DNA of 64,000 bases from Podospora anserina (lineage: Eukaryota). This document shows positions 38,730-49,952 of this stretch, one piece after another (the stretch's first letter is position 1; the number at the start of each line of letters is the position of its first letter). The notes below the pieces were generated by a model. The model had not been told where the DNA came from. It was given only the letters and a program-made list of their open reading frames with translations, and made no database searches. The position numbers and the translations under genes are program-made. The stretch lies in NCBI GenBank assembly GCA_017654855.1, contig CM030333.1:2294001-2358000 (forward strand), given 5' to 3'.

Positions 38730-39378
38730 TTTTGGTTTTTTTTCTTTCTCTGCTGGATGGAGGAGATCAGGTACTGAAGGAGACAAAGCAATTGAATAGA
38801 GAGGGACAAACTCACGCTGGCTGGTGGCAGACGGGGAAAGAAATGGGTGGGTTGGTAGGTGTGTCGCGATAGAGCTTCTCGAGCTGGCTGTGTCGTCGTT
38901 GCGCCGATTGCTTGCCCTCTCAGTGACCAGGGTTGGGGTACGTACTCTGTATCTGCCGTCATTGGGCGTGGGTGCCTGAAGAACAAGGCAGAAACAGCCA
39001 AGAAATGGTTCCAGCCCAGCAAGGTGCGTCTGTCATTTCTTGGCAGGCATCGGCAGCGCGCGCTCTCGGCTTAATCTTGGTCTCTTGCCCGTTCTTTGCT
39101 TTCTTACAACCTTCTCTTCTTCGTCACACTTTTAGAAAGCAGCAAATTGAGAGGATAAGAGTATTTCGGCAGCGAGCTTGCAGAAACTGGATCAAACGTA
39201 CCACTCTGGATTGACAAACGGCCTTGCGAAGCAATCCAGGCGTCAGCAATTCCATCAGTGGCAGTCAACTGTTCCACTGTCAGTTCAACAAACGAAAGCC
39301 TTATCCAGAAACCGCCGATAAGATATTCTTCGTCCGACAACCGCCATCAAACACGAACAAAACAGTTACAACGGCGCG

Positions 39379-41199
39379 ATGAGCGCCTCCGAGTCGCAGG
39401 AGGCTGCGGGGAGGCCGCAATCTCCCCGCAGCTTTGCCATTGCGCACCAGAGGCCGAGAAGCAGCTTTGTCGGGTGCTCCAAGATTGCCGACTACGAGGT
39501 GTTGGGGAAACTGGGCGAGGGTACCTTTGGGTAGGTGGTGGTTCTTTTGCCTTCCCATCTTGGCCGTGTCCGAAGCTGACATTGTTGCCCTACACAGAGA
39601 GGTTTACCGCGCGAGATCGAGAAAGACGGGTGCTTTGGTTGCGCTCAAGAAGATCATCATGCATAACGAAAAGGATGGCTTTCCGATTACGGCATTGAGA
39701 GAAATCAAGCTGCTCAAGCTACTGTCGCATCCAAACATCCTCCGACTGGAGGATATGGCAGTGGAACACCCGCCCAGGAGTGGTGAGTTGATGCTATCTG
39801 TCGAGGAGGTTCCAGGACATGCATGGCTAACAGGCGCCCTTTGCCAGCGGACAAACGAAAGCGACCCATCATGTACATGGTCACGCCCTACATGGACCAT
39901 GACCTGTCGGGCTTGCTCGACAACCCCTCGGTGACATTGACCGAGCCGCAAATCAAGTGCTACATGCAGCAACTGCTCCAGGGCCTGGAGTATCTACACG
40001 CCAATCGCATTTTGCACAGAGATATGAAGGCTGCCAACCTGTTGATCAACAACAAGGGCATTCTTCAGATTGCTGATTTCGGTCTTGCGAGACACTACGA
40101 GGGCAAGACACCACAGCCTGGTCACGGCGGTGGGGAAGGAACGCGTGACTACACTGCTTTGGTGGTCACGCGCTGGTACCGCCCGCCCGAGTTGTTGATG
40201 CATCTCAAAAGATACACCACATCGATTGACTTGTGGGGAGTTGGGTAGGCAGCCTGTGGTCGGTTCTTTGTTGCAAGGGATCATGCTGACAATGTCCCTA
40301 GGTGTGTTTTTGGCGAGATGCTAGTTGGCAAGCCCATTCTCACCGGCGAATCTGATGGGCACCAGTTGGAGTTGATATGGGACCTCTGCGGTACGCCCAC
40401 CATCGAGACAATGCCTGGGTTGAAAGACTTGCCTGGAGCCGAAGCGATGTCACCCAAGCCGCGACAAGGTAACCTGGGGCAAAGGTTCAGAGAATACGGC
40501 TCGGGTGCCATCTCGTTACTTCGAGAGCTTCTCAAGCTGGACTGGAGGAGCAGAATCAACGCTCATGACGCCCTGCAGCACCCTTACTTCCGCAACCCCC
40601 CATATCCCGCCAAGCCAGAAGAACTGCCGTCTTTCGAAGAAAGTCACGAATATGATCGTAAGAAGTACCATGAGAAAAGAACCGTGTTGCCTCCAGCGCC
40701 CAGGGGCGGTACCGTGGGCCGCGGTCCCAACAATGACGGCGATGGCTACAGGAACAGCGGTGGCCCCGGCGGAAGAGGCTATCCTCGGAACAACAACAAC
40801 CGCAATTTTGGTGGTCCGGCCCCGGCACCAGACGAGCGAGTGCCCGCTTGGCACAGAGACACCAGGCTTCCACCGCGCCCACCTCCACCTGCAGACTATG
40901 GCAACGGCCGTGATCGAGCTCCTCGTGGAGGTGGCGGAGGAAATCGTCAGGACGTCGATACGTATATCCCCAGTTATGATAGGGACGCTCCAAGACGAGA
41001 CGATCGGCGGAGGGACGACAGGCGAGACCGCGGAGGCCCAGGGGACAGGAGGAGGGGGGATTATGATGACCGCACAAGGAGCAATCGCACGCGCAGCAGA
41101 AGTCGGTCACCTCTGCCGCCAAGAGACCGCGATAGGGACAGGGACAGGGACAGGGACAGAGATCGGCCACCTCGCGATGGTCCACCGCATCCTAGATAG
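39379..41199 (+). CDS. BUR1: Bur1/Sgv1 (CDK9-like) cyclin-dependent kinase
   Basis: [37 protein letters not shown] (PITALRE), [29 protein letters not shown] and an RD/RS-rich tail. Three introns. Stop TAG 41197-41199. Confidence 0.95.
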
Positions 41200-41953
41200 G
41201 TTCAGGGTCGCAGAGGCCAGGAGCAGGGATACGGACGTAATCCCCGTCGGTAGGGAGGTGGGAATACCAAACGGGGCTCCAGGCGCTCGGGGGAGAATGA
41301 GCAACCCAGACCGGGGTCTGGCGGTCATGAGCAGAGGCCTGAGGGGGGAGGGGGGTTGGGTGGCTCTACATCACGGGCTGGACGTCAAAGCAATCCGGCA
41401 CCAGTAGCAAACAGGAGGCGAATCCCATTGTACAGTCCTGATAGACCTATTCCATCGATTGAAGCAGAGCCGCTAGCACCCTCACAATTGCGCCCGTCAC
41501 GCTCGCCGTCACGCTCGTTGTCACTCAACTCATGCAATCGACAATTGCTCGTCCAAGCAAGCGGCCGAAGCCGATCTTTTGCTTCTGGTGATTTTTCGGA
41601 TCCGGAGCTGCCTGCAGACCCACCACGTAGACAATCTCTTCTTTCTCGGGTCGTTCAGCCTGAGGATGTAGTTGAGCAAGCACCCGAGGAGACAGCTGAG
41701 CAACCATCCGAGGACGCAGCGGAGAGACCACGGCAGCGTGTTAAATTACCGCCTTTGCCATCACCGCTCGGATCGTCGGTCGAAAGACTTCTTGGGCTGA
41801 GAACAGCCAGTGAGTCCTTGGATCTGAGTCTAGGAACAAGCAGGGCTCGGGCTGGCATAGCCAGGTCGAGGGTGCTGGCTGATGAGGACGGCTCGTCCGC
41901 AGTGGTGACTCGCCCTCGTTCGCATCAGCATCATCCGGGAGGCGGAATCGGGG

Positions 41954-42844
41954 ATGTTTAGGGGGGTGGGTTGGAGACGCCGGCATAGTCAAGAAGAGAT
42001 TGAGCGGGCGGCTAGGGTGTTGGGTATGCCGGTGCCGGTGCCGGGGTCAAGGGGAAGCAGTAGAGGGAGGGTTCTTCCGACTGATGGTGGGTGGGAGAGG
42101 TGCTCTACGTCGAGTTCGGGAGAGGTGGAGAGTACACGACCGTCGGTGGTGCCGCCGCGGAGAAGTGGGCAGAGAAGAAGTCGGAGGCCGGGTGATGGTT
42201 GGGAGGCGGATGATGAGTTGCGGAAGGGGTCGGGAGAGAGGTCGGAGGAGGAAATTGCCTGGTCGGTGGGGCCTGAGGAACGGCCGAGCACACCGCCGAG
42301 GGTTGGGTTTTGTGAGGGTGAGGGTGGTGAGGAGGGGGGTGGTGAGCAAGAGGGGAGTGGTGAAGAGGATGGTGGTGAGCAAGGAGAAAAGGGTGGTGAT
42401 GATAAGAAGAGAAAGAGGTCGAGGTCTCCTGGCGGGTCTGAGAGGCAAGGCAAGAAGAGAAGGAGGGGGTCAAAACCACCGTCTGCTGAAGCGTCTGAGG
42501 AGTCAGAGGTTGACTTGAATGATAATCCGTCTGCTGAAGCACCAGAGGAGCGGTCTGATGTCGAAATGGATGATGAGGAAGTTGATGATGAACCGGCTGA
42601 GGAGCAGGCCGAGGTTCAAATGGATGACGAGCAAACTGATGATGAATCCCCTGCTCAACCACAAGCCCCTCCTCAAGCTCAACCCCCTCCTCCACCTCAA
42701 CTTCCTCCTCAACCAAGCCCTGTCACGAGACGATCAACAAGGAGCAGTACCGCACGGGAGCCTGGTTTCTATGCTGAGGTAAACACGAGCACTGGGCGTA
42801 AGAACAGTAGTAGAAATAATCACTGGCGCGGGAGATTCGGGTGA
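41954..42844 (+). CDS. Low-complexity acidic/basic ORF (296 aa), either an orphan gene or the distal part of a BUR1 extension
   Basis: Long ORF with NLS-like KKRKRSRS and GKKRRR, and internally repeated PSAEA(S/P)EE…V(E/Q)MDDE units. No recognisable domain. Confidence 0.4.
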   Translation: MFRGVGWRRRHSQEEIERAARVLGMPVPVPGSRGSSRGRVLPTDGGWERCSTSSSGEVESTRPSVVPPRRSGQRRSRRPGDGWEADDELRKGSGERSEEEIAWSVGPEERPSTPPRVGFCEGEGGEEGGGEQEGSGEEDGGEQGEKGGDDKKRKRSRSPGGSERQGKKRRRGSKPPSAEASEESEVDLNDNPSAEAPEERSDVEMDDEEVDDEPAEEQAEVQMDDEQTDDESPAQPQAPPQAQPPPPPQLPPQPSPVTRRSTRSSTAREPGFYAEVNTSTGRKNSSRNNHWRGRFG

Positions 42845-43288
42845 TTAGGATATAGACACCCAGAAAAGCGTGAATTTTGGTGTGGCTTGCAGCTGGCTTC
42901 TGGAATTTGGTCAACAAGCGAGGAGTATTAGTAATGTGTAAAAGTCATGTTTGGAGAGGGTTTTAGATGCATTCTGAAAGTGTCTGCGTGTGGTTTTCTT
43001 CAGAGTAAGTTCGAAAGAACGGAGGAGAATTGCATACTTGTTTTCAGGTTGTGCAGCCATTTCAACATCGTGTTCAGTTGTGAATGTAACCTTGTGCGAT
43101 ACTGGTGCTGTTGATGTTATAGTGAATTCTCTCGCAAGTAGTTACGTCTCTGAATGACCATCCCCAGCCCCATCACGTCACAACAAAAACTCATCTTCTT
43201 CCATCCAAGTCAGAATCAAATTACTACTACGCTTTTAAAACCGAACCTCTGTATCAACCACCCCTCCTTCTAGTCCCTCACCCCATCA

Positions 43289-44383
43289 TCAAAACAACGA
43301 ACCAAACCACCCTTCCGTCTCCTCCACCCTCTCACGCACCTCCTCCTCTTTGTCCTCTTCACTCTCACCCCCAGCCCCCTCCTCCTCATCCGCTTCATAC
43401 TCCTTCTCCTTCTTAATCTCCTTACTTACCCTCCTATTCTGTTCCAACATTGAAAAGGGCTTATCCCGACTATACCCCCGCTTCTTCTTGTTCTTCTTAT
43501 CCACATCCCCCTCATACGCTTTAATCTCCTCAGCTTCCTTTATCTTGTTTAATATACTTGTCAGTTCCGGCTCCGCTTCCTCGTCATTCTTGACAATAAT
43601 CTCTTCCCTCCCCTTCTTCAACCTCTTCCTCGCGCTACTCCCCAACTTCTTCTTCGTGGCAGTAGTCTCACTCTCCACAGCAACATCCTCCCCCATTAAA
43701 TACTTCAAATCATCACCCCCAAACCCCTCACCCTGAAACTCATTCTTCCCCTTGACCTTCTTCCTCTTCTGCTTCTTCTTGTTCCTCACCCCTTCCCCCT
43801 TCCCCCCACCAGCTTCGGTCCCAGCAATATCACTCTCCCTCTCATCCCAATCCCCCCTCTCCTTCCCACTCCCCTCCCCCTCAACCTCCTCAATAACCCC
43901 CAAATCCAACATCGCCAACCCAGCCTCGTCGACTCTCTCCTTCCACCCCATCCCCCGTCTCGTATCGCCATACATCGTCCCCACCACAAACGGCATACCC
44001 TTCCTCCTTTCAAACTCCCACTCCTCCCACCACCCATCCCACCTCCTCTTGTCCTCCCCCACCGTCAACTGTATCCTCCTCCTCAACCACCTCCAATCCA
44101 CCCCCGTCTGACGACAAAAAGCCTGCTCCGTATCCAGCAGCACCGTCCGATGCGGCGCCAGAAAGCAGATAACATCCCAAATCAACGCCGGGGCAAAATG
44201 CCTGTAGCCGATCGCCACAAAATAGTACAGCACCCTCAAGACAAGTAAAAACGGCGTGGCGACAAAGAGCAAAAGCCGGAGAAGATACCTCAGAATGGAG
44301 CCAACAAGGGAAAAGACGCCGAGGAGGTAGGAAATCACCTAGTATATGACGAGGAGGAGTGCAATCAGTCCAACAATCTTGTG
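43289..44383 (-). other. In-frame continuation of the 45117 gene beyond TAG (hydrophobic segments plus charged tail), broken only by TAG 44339-44341
   Basis: HKIVGLIALLLVIY*VISYLLGVFSLVGSILRYLLRLL… runs open to TGA 43289-43291. It has no ATG near its 5' end. Confidence 0.6.
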
Positions 44384-45117
44384 CTACGCTGATGATTCGG
44401 ACGAGGAAGAAGGGGAGACGAGGTTGGACGAGGATTCCTCGTGGATCGTCTCTGTCAGTAACCCCTGAAGCCGAGGTTTCTGAGGGCGTTGCTTGATGGA
44501 GGCGGCGGGGATCAAAAAGTTGGCTTGGTTGGAGGATGACATGACGGCTGTTGTGGCGCTGCTGTCCCAGGGGTCGTCGTCGGTTCCAAAGGATAGGGAG
44601 CTGGTGCTGTCGACCGAGCCGGGAGTAACGGGGAGGTCCATTTTTTGCTGTTTGTATGTCATGGCGCCTGGAGGTTTGTTGGGGGTGGCAGTCCGCTTAG
44701 GGGTGCTGGTGCTGGTGCTGGTGCTGGTGAGGGCTAGGAATTGTTCTGTGATGAACACTATGAGGGCGCCGGTTGTGAAGCCTATTACTGCTGCGTAGAG
44801 GAGCTGACGATCAAGTCAGTAGGAACCGTCAGAGATGCATAAGGATCACGTACCAAGATGGGCAACGGCTTAAGCTCCAGAAAGATATGGATTACAATCC
44901 CGAACGGGGCTGTCGCCAAGTTGAAGACGGCTCTAGTAGGAGAGATGATGAAGAATGAAATCACACTCCAGATTGTCTGCAAACTCCAAATGGTGACAGT
45001 CTTGGTAATCAACCAAGGCCAATACAAGGTACCGAAGATGGTCCTGAGCAGCGTGAGACTGGTTCTCTCGGAAACGGGGGCGGTGGTGCTGTTGACGAGA
45101 ACAGTGAGAGGGTCCAT
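44384..45117 (-). CDS. Hypothetical membrane protein, about 227 aa
   Basis: MDPLTVLVNSTT… with hydrophobic helices. Intron 44804-44853 (GTACGT…CTGAC…CAG) keeps frame (PLPIL|LLYAAVIGF). Ends …GLLTETIHEESSSNLVSPSSSSESSA TAG 44384-44386. Confidence 0.7.
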
Positions 45118-45151
45118 AGTCGAGCTACCGCAGATATAAACGAGTGTTGGA

Positions 45152-45197
45152 GTTGTTGTTGTTGTTGTTGTTGTTGTGGTGGTGGTGGTGGTGGTGG
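45152..45197. repeat. (GTT)n(GGT)n microsatellite
   Basis: gttgttgtt…gtggtggtggtg read directly. Confidence 0.85.
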
Positions 45198-45793
45198 GTG
45201 AAATGCTACTGGATACTTCGCGGGGGCATCTTGACAGTGGAGGTGACGGGAGATGCAGTGTAAGCGGCTGCAAGGTGTTGAGGCAAGAGCGACTACTTCT
45301 CGGAGTCCATTGCTGGTGCCTTCTCAACAGCGACGGCGGGATGCAAATGCCATCCGAAAGTGCAGGCACGATGGGTGTCATGTGTAAGTGTGATGTCCAG
45401 AGCCTCCTTCCTTGGAATGCATGTAATCATGGGTGATGATGCACGACCGGCAGTGACGGGACAGGGGGGGCTCCTGGGCAGTGATGCAGGGGAGGGAGAA
45501 TGAATTGTGGGGCAGGGCCAAGGTAACTTTTGAGACCCCGGTATTAGCATATCGATTTGAGCTTCACATCAAGGTTTATGAAGTGAACCTTGAATTCTTA
45601 TTCTCACAACGACAGAACTATTCTGAAACCTACTTATTCAAAGCAGGAAATTCATCTGAACATTTCACTCTCAGTAGCTTAATCTTCTCAGCAAATTGAG
45701 ATATATCAACTCTTCTCACCAGCGACTCAACCCACACTCACAAACACCAGCAACATCACCACTCAACTTAACCAACCACCACCTATAACCACC

Positions 45794-46240
45794 ATGACCG
45801 AAGCAATGGATCTCGACCCCCCTCCCCCCACCAGCACCACCTCCCTCCCCAAACCCAAAACCTCCAAACCCCTCCTCACCACCCTAACCCTCCCCACACC
45901 CCCCTTCTCCTACGCCAACCTCACCTTTCTAACCCCCTCCCCCTCCACAACCCAGCAACAGCTCGACCCCCTCCTCCTGAAATCCTACCTAACCTCCGCT
46001 TTATCTCAATTCCTCGGCCAAACCGGCGCCGCCATCCCAATCGACATCCTCCAAGTCGGCCCTGCCTCCTCCTGGGTCCGCCTCCCCCGCCCCGACCTCG
46101 CCGCATTCACCGCAGCAATCGCCTCATTCAGCGGTCTAAACAACGGGAAAGAAAAACTGGTGCTCAGAGTAGAGGCAGCCGGGGATTTCCTCGGGGCTCT
46201 TGTCGGCAGAGGGGAGGAACGTGAGATTTGGGGAAAGTGA
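45794..46240 (+). CDS. POP8: RNase P/MRP subunit Pop8-like protein
   Basis: PFSYANL…LDPLLLKSYLTSALSQFLGQTGAAIPIDIL…WVRLPRPDLAAFTAAI…AGDFLGAL resembles fungal Pop8. Single exon. Confidence 0.75.
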   Translation: MTEAMDLDPPPPTSTTSLPKPKTSKPLLTTLTLPTPPFSYANLTFLTPSPSTTQQQLDPLLLKSYLTSALSQFLGQTGAAIPIDILQVGPASSWVRLPRPDLAAFTAAIASFSGLNNGKEKLVLRVEAAGDFLGALVGRGEEREIWGK

Positions 46241-46702
46241 TTTCTCTTTTTGGACAAGTTTGTTTTGTTCACAAAAAAGTGGGACGGCATATGGATAGGG
46301 CAGACAGAAAGGAAGGAAACATTTTTGCGGAAAAGGGATGGCAGAGGTTGCTGTTGGAGTTGATACCCAAGTTATAGAGGCGGAAAACAGGGCGGGATGT
46401 TTACGAGGGAGAAAACAGAAAACTGTTCTCGTTCCAAAAGATCTGAATTCGATTTTTTTCTTTCTTTCTGTTCGGACATGTTTATGATGTCATATAGCGA
46501 GAATATCTTCTTGCCAGTGTTGGTTTTGTCCACCATCATCATACATTGGATATCATACCACCCGGTCACCACCAATCAACCAGCCACGAACCCCTACCGC
46601 CCTCAAAACGCCATGCTAATGATGCTCCCCAATTTCCTTGCGTGAGCGGAGCCAGTCTTGTCTTCTTCGTACATGCATTTATTCTCGACTGCAACTTGTC
46701 GC

Positions 46703-48435
46703 TTACATGAGCGAGGACATCATGCTCGAGTTGGCGTAGGCCTGCGAGATAAAACGTCAGCTTTGGTGTGTGGTAGGGTTGGGGGAAAGGAAACCTTACC
46801 ATCGGCCGGATATTTGGATGAGGCACGGCATCAAACTGTGTGAATCTAAGCTTGAGATCGGGGCCGATATTGATGAAGGCGCCCTTGTTCTCCGTCATGT
46901 CGCAGTACTTGGGCGCGGAGAAGACTGGATTCAGTGTTAACATAATGTCGGTAAAGAGAAGGGTTGAGTTGAAACATACCAGTGATGCACTTTCCATCAT
47001 GCTCCTCCTCATAACCCGCCATCCTGACCTCGTGCGATCTAATAACCGCCTCCAACCCGTTCTTCTCACAGAACCTCTTGGTAACGTCCGGACCGAACTG
47101 CATACCCACACCACGCTTGCTTGGTCCACGGCCGGGCTCCGACTGAGGATCTGTCCACAACATCTCCATCATCAAACCGGCCTGGCCGGGCTGCCTCTGC
47201 TTATGCCTGTCGAGCTTCCTGATATCATCCAGCGTTACGTTGTCGTCTGAGAACAAACCGCCGTGCAGAACAAAGTATTTCTTGCCAACAAGTGTTGCCA
47301 GGGGCAGGGCAGAGAAGCTCTCAGAGAACAGCTTGAAGATCCTCTCGTTGTACTTGGCCTTGCACTCGCCCTCGAAGCCGTACACTCTGTTCATGTCGTC
47401 TGTTTCGTGGTTGCCTCGGTTGATGAAGAAGTTCTTGGGGCGGAGCCACTTGTTGGCGTAGAGAAGAAGGGCGATTTCGGTGGACCACGAGCCTCTGTCG
47501 ACAAAGTCGCCGTTGAAGAGATACCAGTGCTTGTCGCTGGGAGTGCCGTTTATCCGGAAGAGTTCCATAAGATCAAAGTATTGACCTGTATTTGGTCAGT
47601 GCCTGTACTCTTGATACGATACCAAAGAAGAAAACCTACCGTGTGTATCACCGCAAACTGTGAGCTCGACATCCTCAGGAATCTCCACCTCCACCATCGT
47701 AGGCTCGTCATACACCAGCTTCTTGACCGCAATGACAATTTGGTACACATATTTCTTGTGTATGGTCTTGCCGTTCTTGAACCTCTCCGTCATGTCATCG
47801 ATAAACTCTTGTGTCATTTCACTCCCTAACCTCACACCATCATACGAGTCTTCCACATGCATCGAGTCGACATCGAGTCCGTCAGCAACCGATGGCTCAT
47901 CCCCAACCTCGATCGCCTCGAAGAAGGCAAGTTGCCTGACGGCCTTTTGGCACTCGACAAGCTTGAGCTTGGCATCCTTATTACCAGGGTCGATCTTGAC
48001 ACAGGTCTGAAAGTCCTTGACGGCCTCCTTGGGCTTGAGGATGGCTACGTAGGCGGTGGCTCGGCGGTAGTAGGCCTTGATCATCCCTGGGTTCAGCTCG
48101 ATGGCTTTCGTCGCGTCCCTGATCGCATAGCCGTAGGCTTCTGTCTTCATGTATGCCTATTTCACATACCAAGATGCATAGGTTAGTAAAACAAAAAAAG
48201 TGGTGACGTCGGGTTCCTGAAAGCTACCCACCTGAGCTCTGTTTGACCAGAATGTTGGCTCCTTGTCGTTCAGCTCGATGGCCTGGGAGTAAAAGTCAAT
48301 GGCGGTTGGCCAGTCATGGGCGGCAAAGGCCTTGTTTCCCTGGTTCTTCAAGGCCACGGCCTGCTCCTCTGGTGTAGCCATCTCGACGTCCTCCTTTTCC
48401 GGTTCGGGCTGCGCTTTTCTTGACCACAGGAACAT
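46703..48435 (-). CDS. PPT1: Serine/threonine protein phosphatase 5 (TPR + PPP domain)
   Basis: TPRs (LKNQGNKAF…[20 protein letters not shown]), [39 protein letters not shown], ends [13 protein letters not shown] (TAA 46703-46705). In-frame ATGs at 48435 and 48381. About 4 introns. Confidence 0.95.
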
Positions 48436-49397
48436 GCGCGGGGTTGGGACGAATGGGTGACAGGGCCGGAGGTTTTGTTTGGGAAAGATAGATGTATATC
48501 TAAACCGGCCGCTGGTGCTTTTCGGAGAGAGAGAATAAATCCACGGTGGCAAGCTTGCTGAAACGATAGTTTCTTCTGTCTTGCGGGAAGCGCAAATAGC
48601 AATGAATCGGAGGTGCCTTGAACGGGTCGCTGCGTGCGGTTGAGACCTGGGCGAGATCTGCAGGACCCCGCAGTATTTGCTTTTAAACGGTACTAGCGTA
48701 TCATCTTATCTGATGGGTATCGAGAGGCGGAGTTTAATGTATCTGGGGTGCTCTAGCGGTTTCTTGCTTGTAGGAGCATCATATTCCAGACCCATCTTCC
48801 CGACTCCGCCATCTTTTTTTGTTGTACTTTGTGCTGCTCCCTCCGACTTTCAAGATGTTGACTGTATGTCCACGTGCTTCGCCCCGTTACAGTAATGCTC
48901 CCCTGGTCGACCCAGGTTGCAAATCAAATGACAGGATAGCTGAATATCTATCAAGGTGCACCAGGGGACGTCTCGGCAATCATGCATTTGCCCTTTTGTC
49001 ATTATGCGATAAACATTTTGATTCTGGCCACTAGCCTTGGCGCCGACAGTCGAGTACGATGGCAAGGAGCCAAAGGACCCGGTAGTCTGGTTTGTCTGGG
49101 GAGCCACGTGCCGGTCAACGGCTAGGCCGGTCCAGTTGTGGCCTGGTCTTGACCATGAAAGTGACAGGACGGGCTCCCGTGCGGTGGCCTGGAGCCACCT
49201 TAGCTGGCCGGTTGGCGCGCCATACCATTGTCTGTCGGGTCTAATAATTACATTGTCTGTATTCGCTGGTGAAATTCTCCAAGACCAGATATCTCCAACC
49301 CAAGGACCGTTGACAACTCCGTCCGGTTTTTGAAAGGATTCGATATAAAAACGCCGCGCCCTATGCATGAAAGAACGGAATATTAATATGTTCCCTG

Positions 49398-49952
49398 TCA
49401 CCTCGACGAGTCGTCTGATGAGGACTCGTCGCTATCATCGATGAAACCTTCCTCCAAGCTACGAGGTGTTAGCATACCATCCCAAGACATCAAAGGGCCA
49501 TTCCCGCTTACTCTCTGCTTAACCTCCTCGAGCTGTCAATACTGTCACCAATGTTTCCACCTCTTCCGGTAGACTCATCCACATCCTCCAGCTCTTCCCC
49601 GTCTTCTGAATCAAACGACGGCCGACCACCAACAACGAGCCGATCAGCAAAGCCTGTGCTCCACCTAGAGGTAAATATCAGGCTACTAAGGCCGCCTGTT
49701 ATCCTGGCCCTGAGCGAAGATGTCTGTTCGGATAAAGTGTCTATTGGGAGGTACTGGCTGTAACGGTTTCGATAGCGTTGCCACAAGGGGTAGAGGACAA
49801 ACGTCGACAGGAGGAAGAGTATCAGCGATATTATGGCGGGGACAACCAGCGTCTGGGAGAAAAAAATCATGTTAGTACATGTTCACTGCGAACTTGTTCT
49901 CAGAAGCTGACGGATATCTGGATACCTTGACGGCTGAGAATGTGGCTCCCAT
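49398..49952 (-). CDS. Small single-pass membrane protein (hypothetical)
   Basis: MGATFSAVK|TLVVPAIISLILFLLSTFVLYPLWQRYRNRYSQYLP…RRLSR(D)|LEEGFIDDSDE…*. Introns about 49853-49925 (TACTAAC branch) and 49459-49511. Confidence 0.7.

Noticed and set aside
41810-41902. Possible 93-nt intron in the BUR1 extension bridging to the acidic ORF
   Set aside because: Its length is a multiple of three, so it does not supply the needed frame change.
44339-44387. Possible 49-nt intron (GTAGCA…CTGAT…TAG) removing both TAGs
   Set aside because: The donor is poor, and splicing shifts frame into an immediate TGA, so it cannot join the two ORFs.
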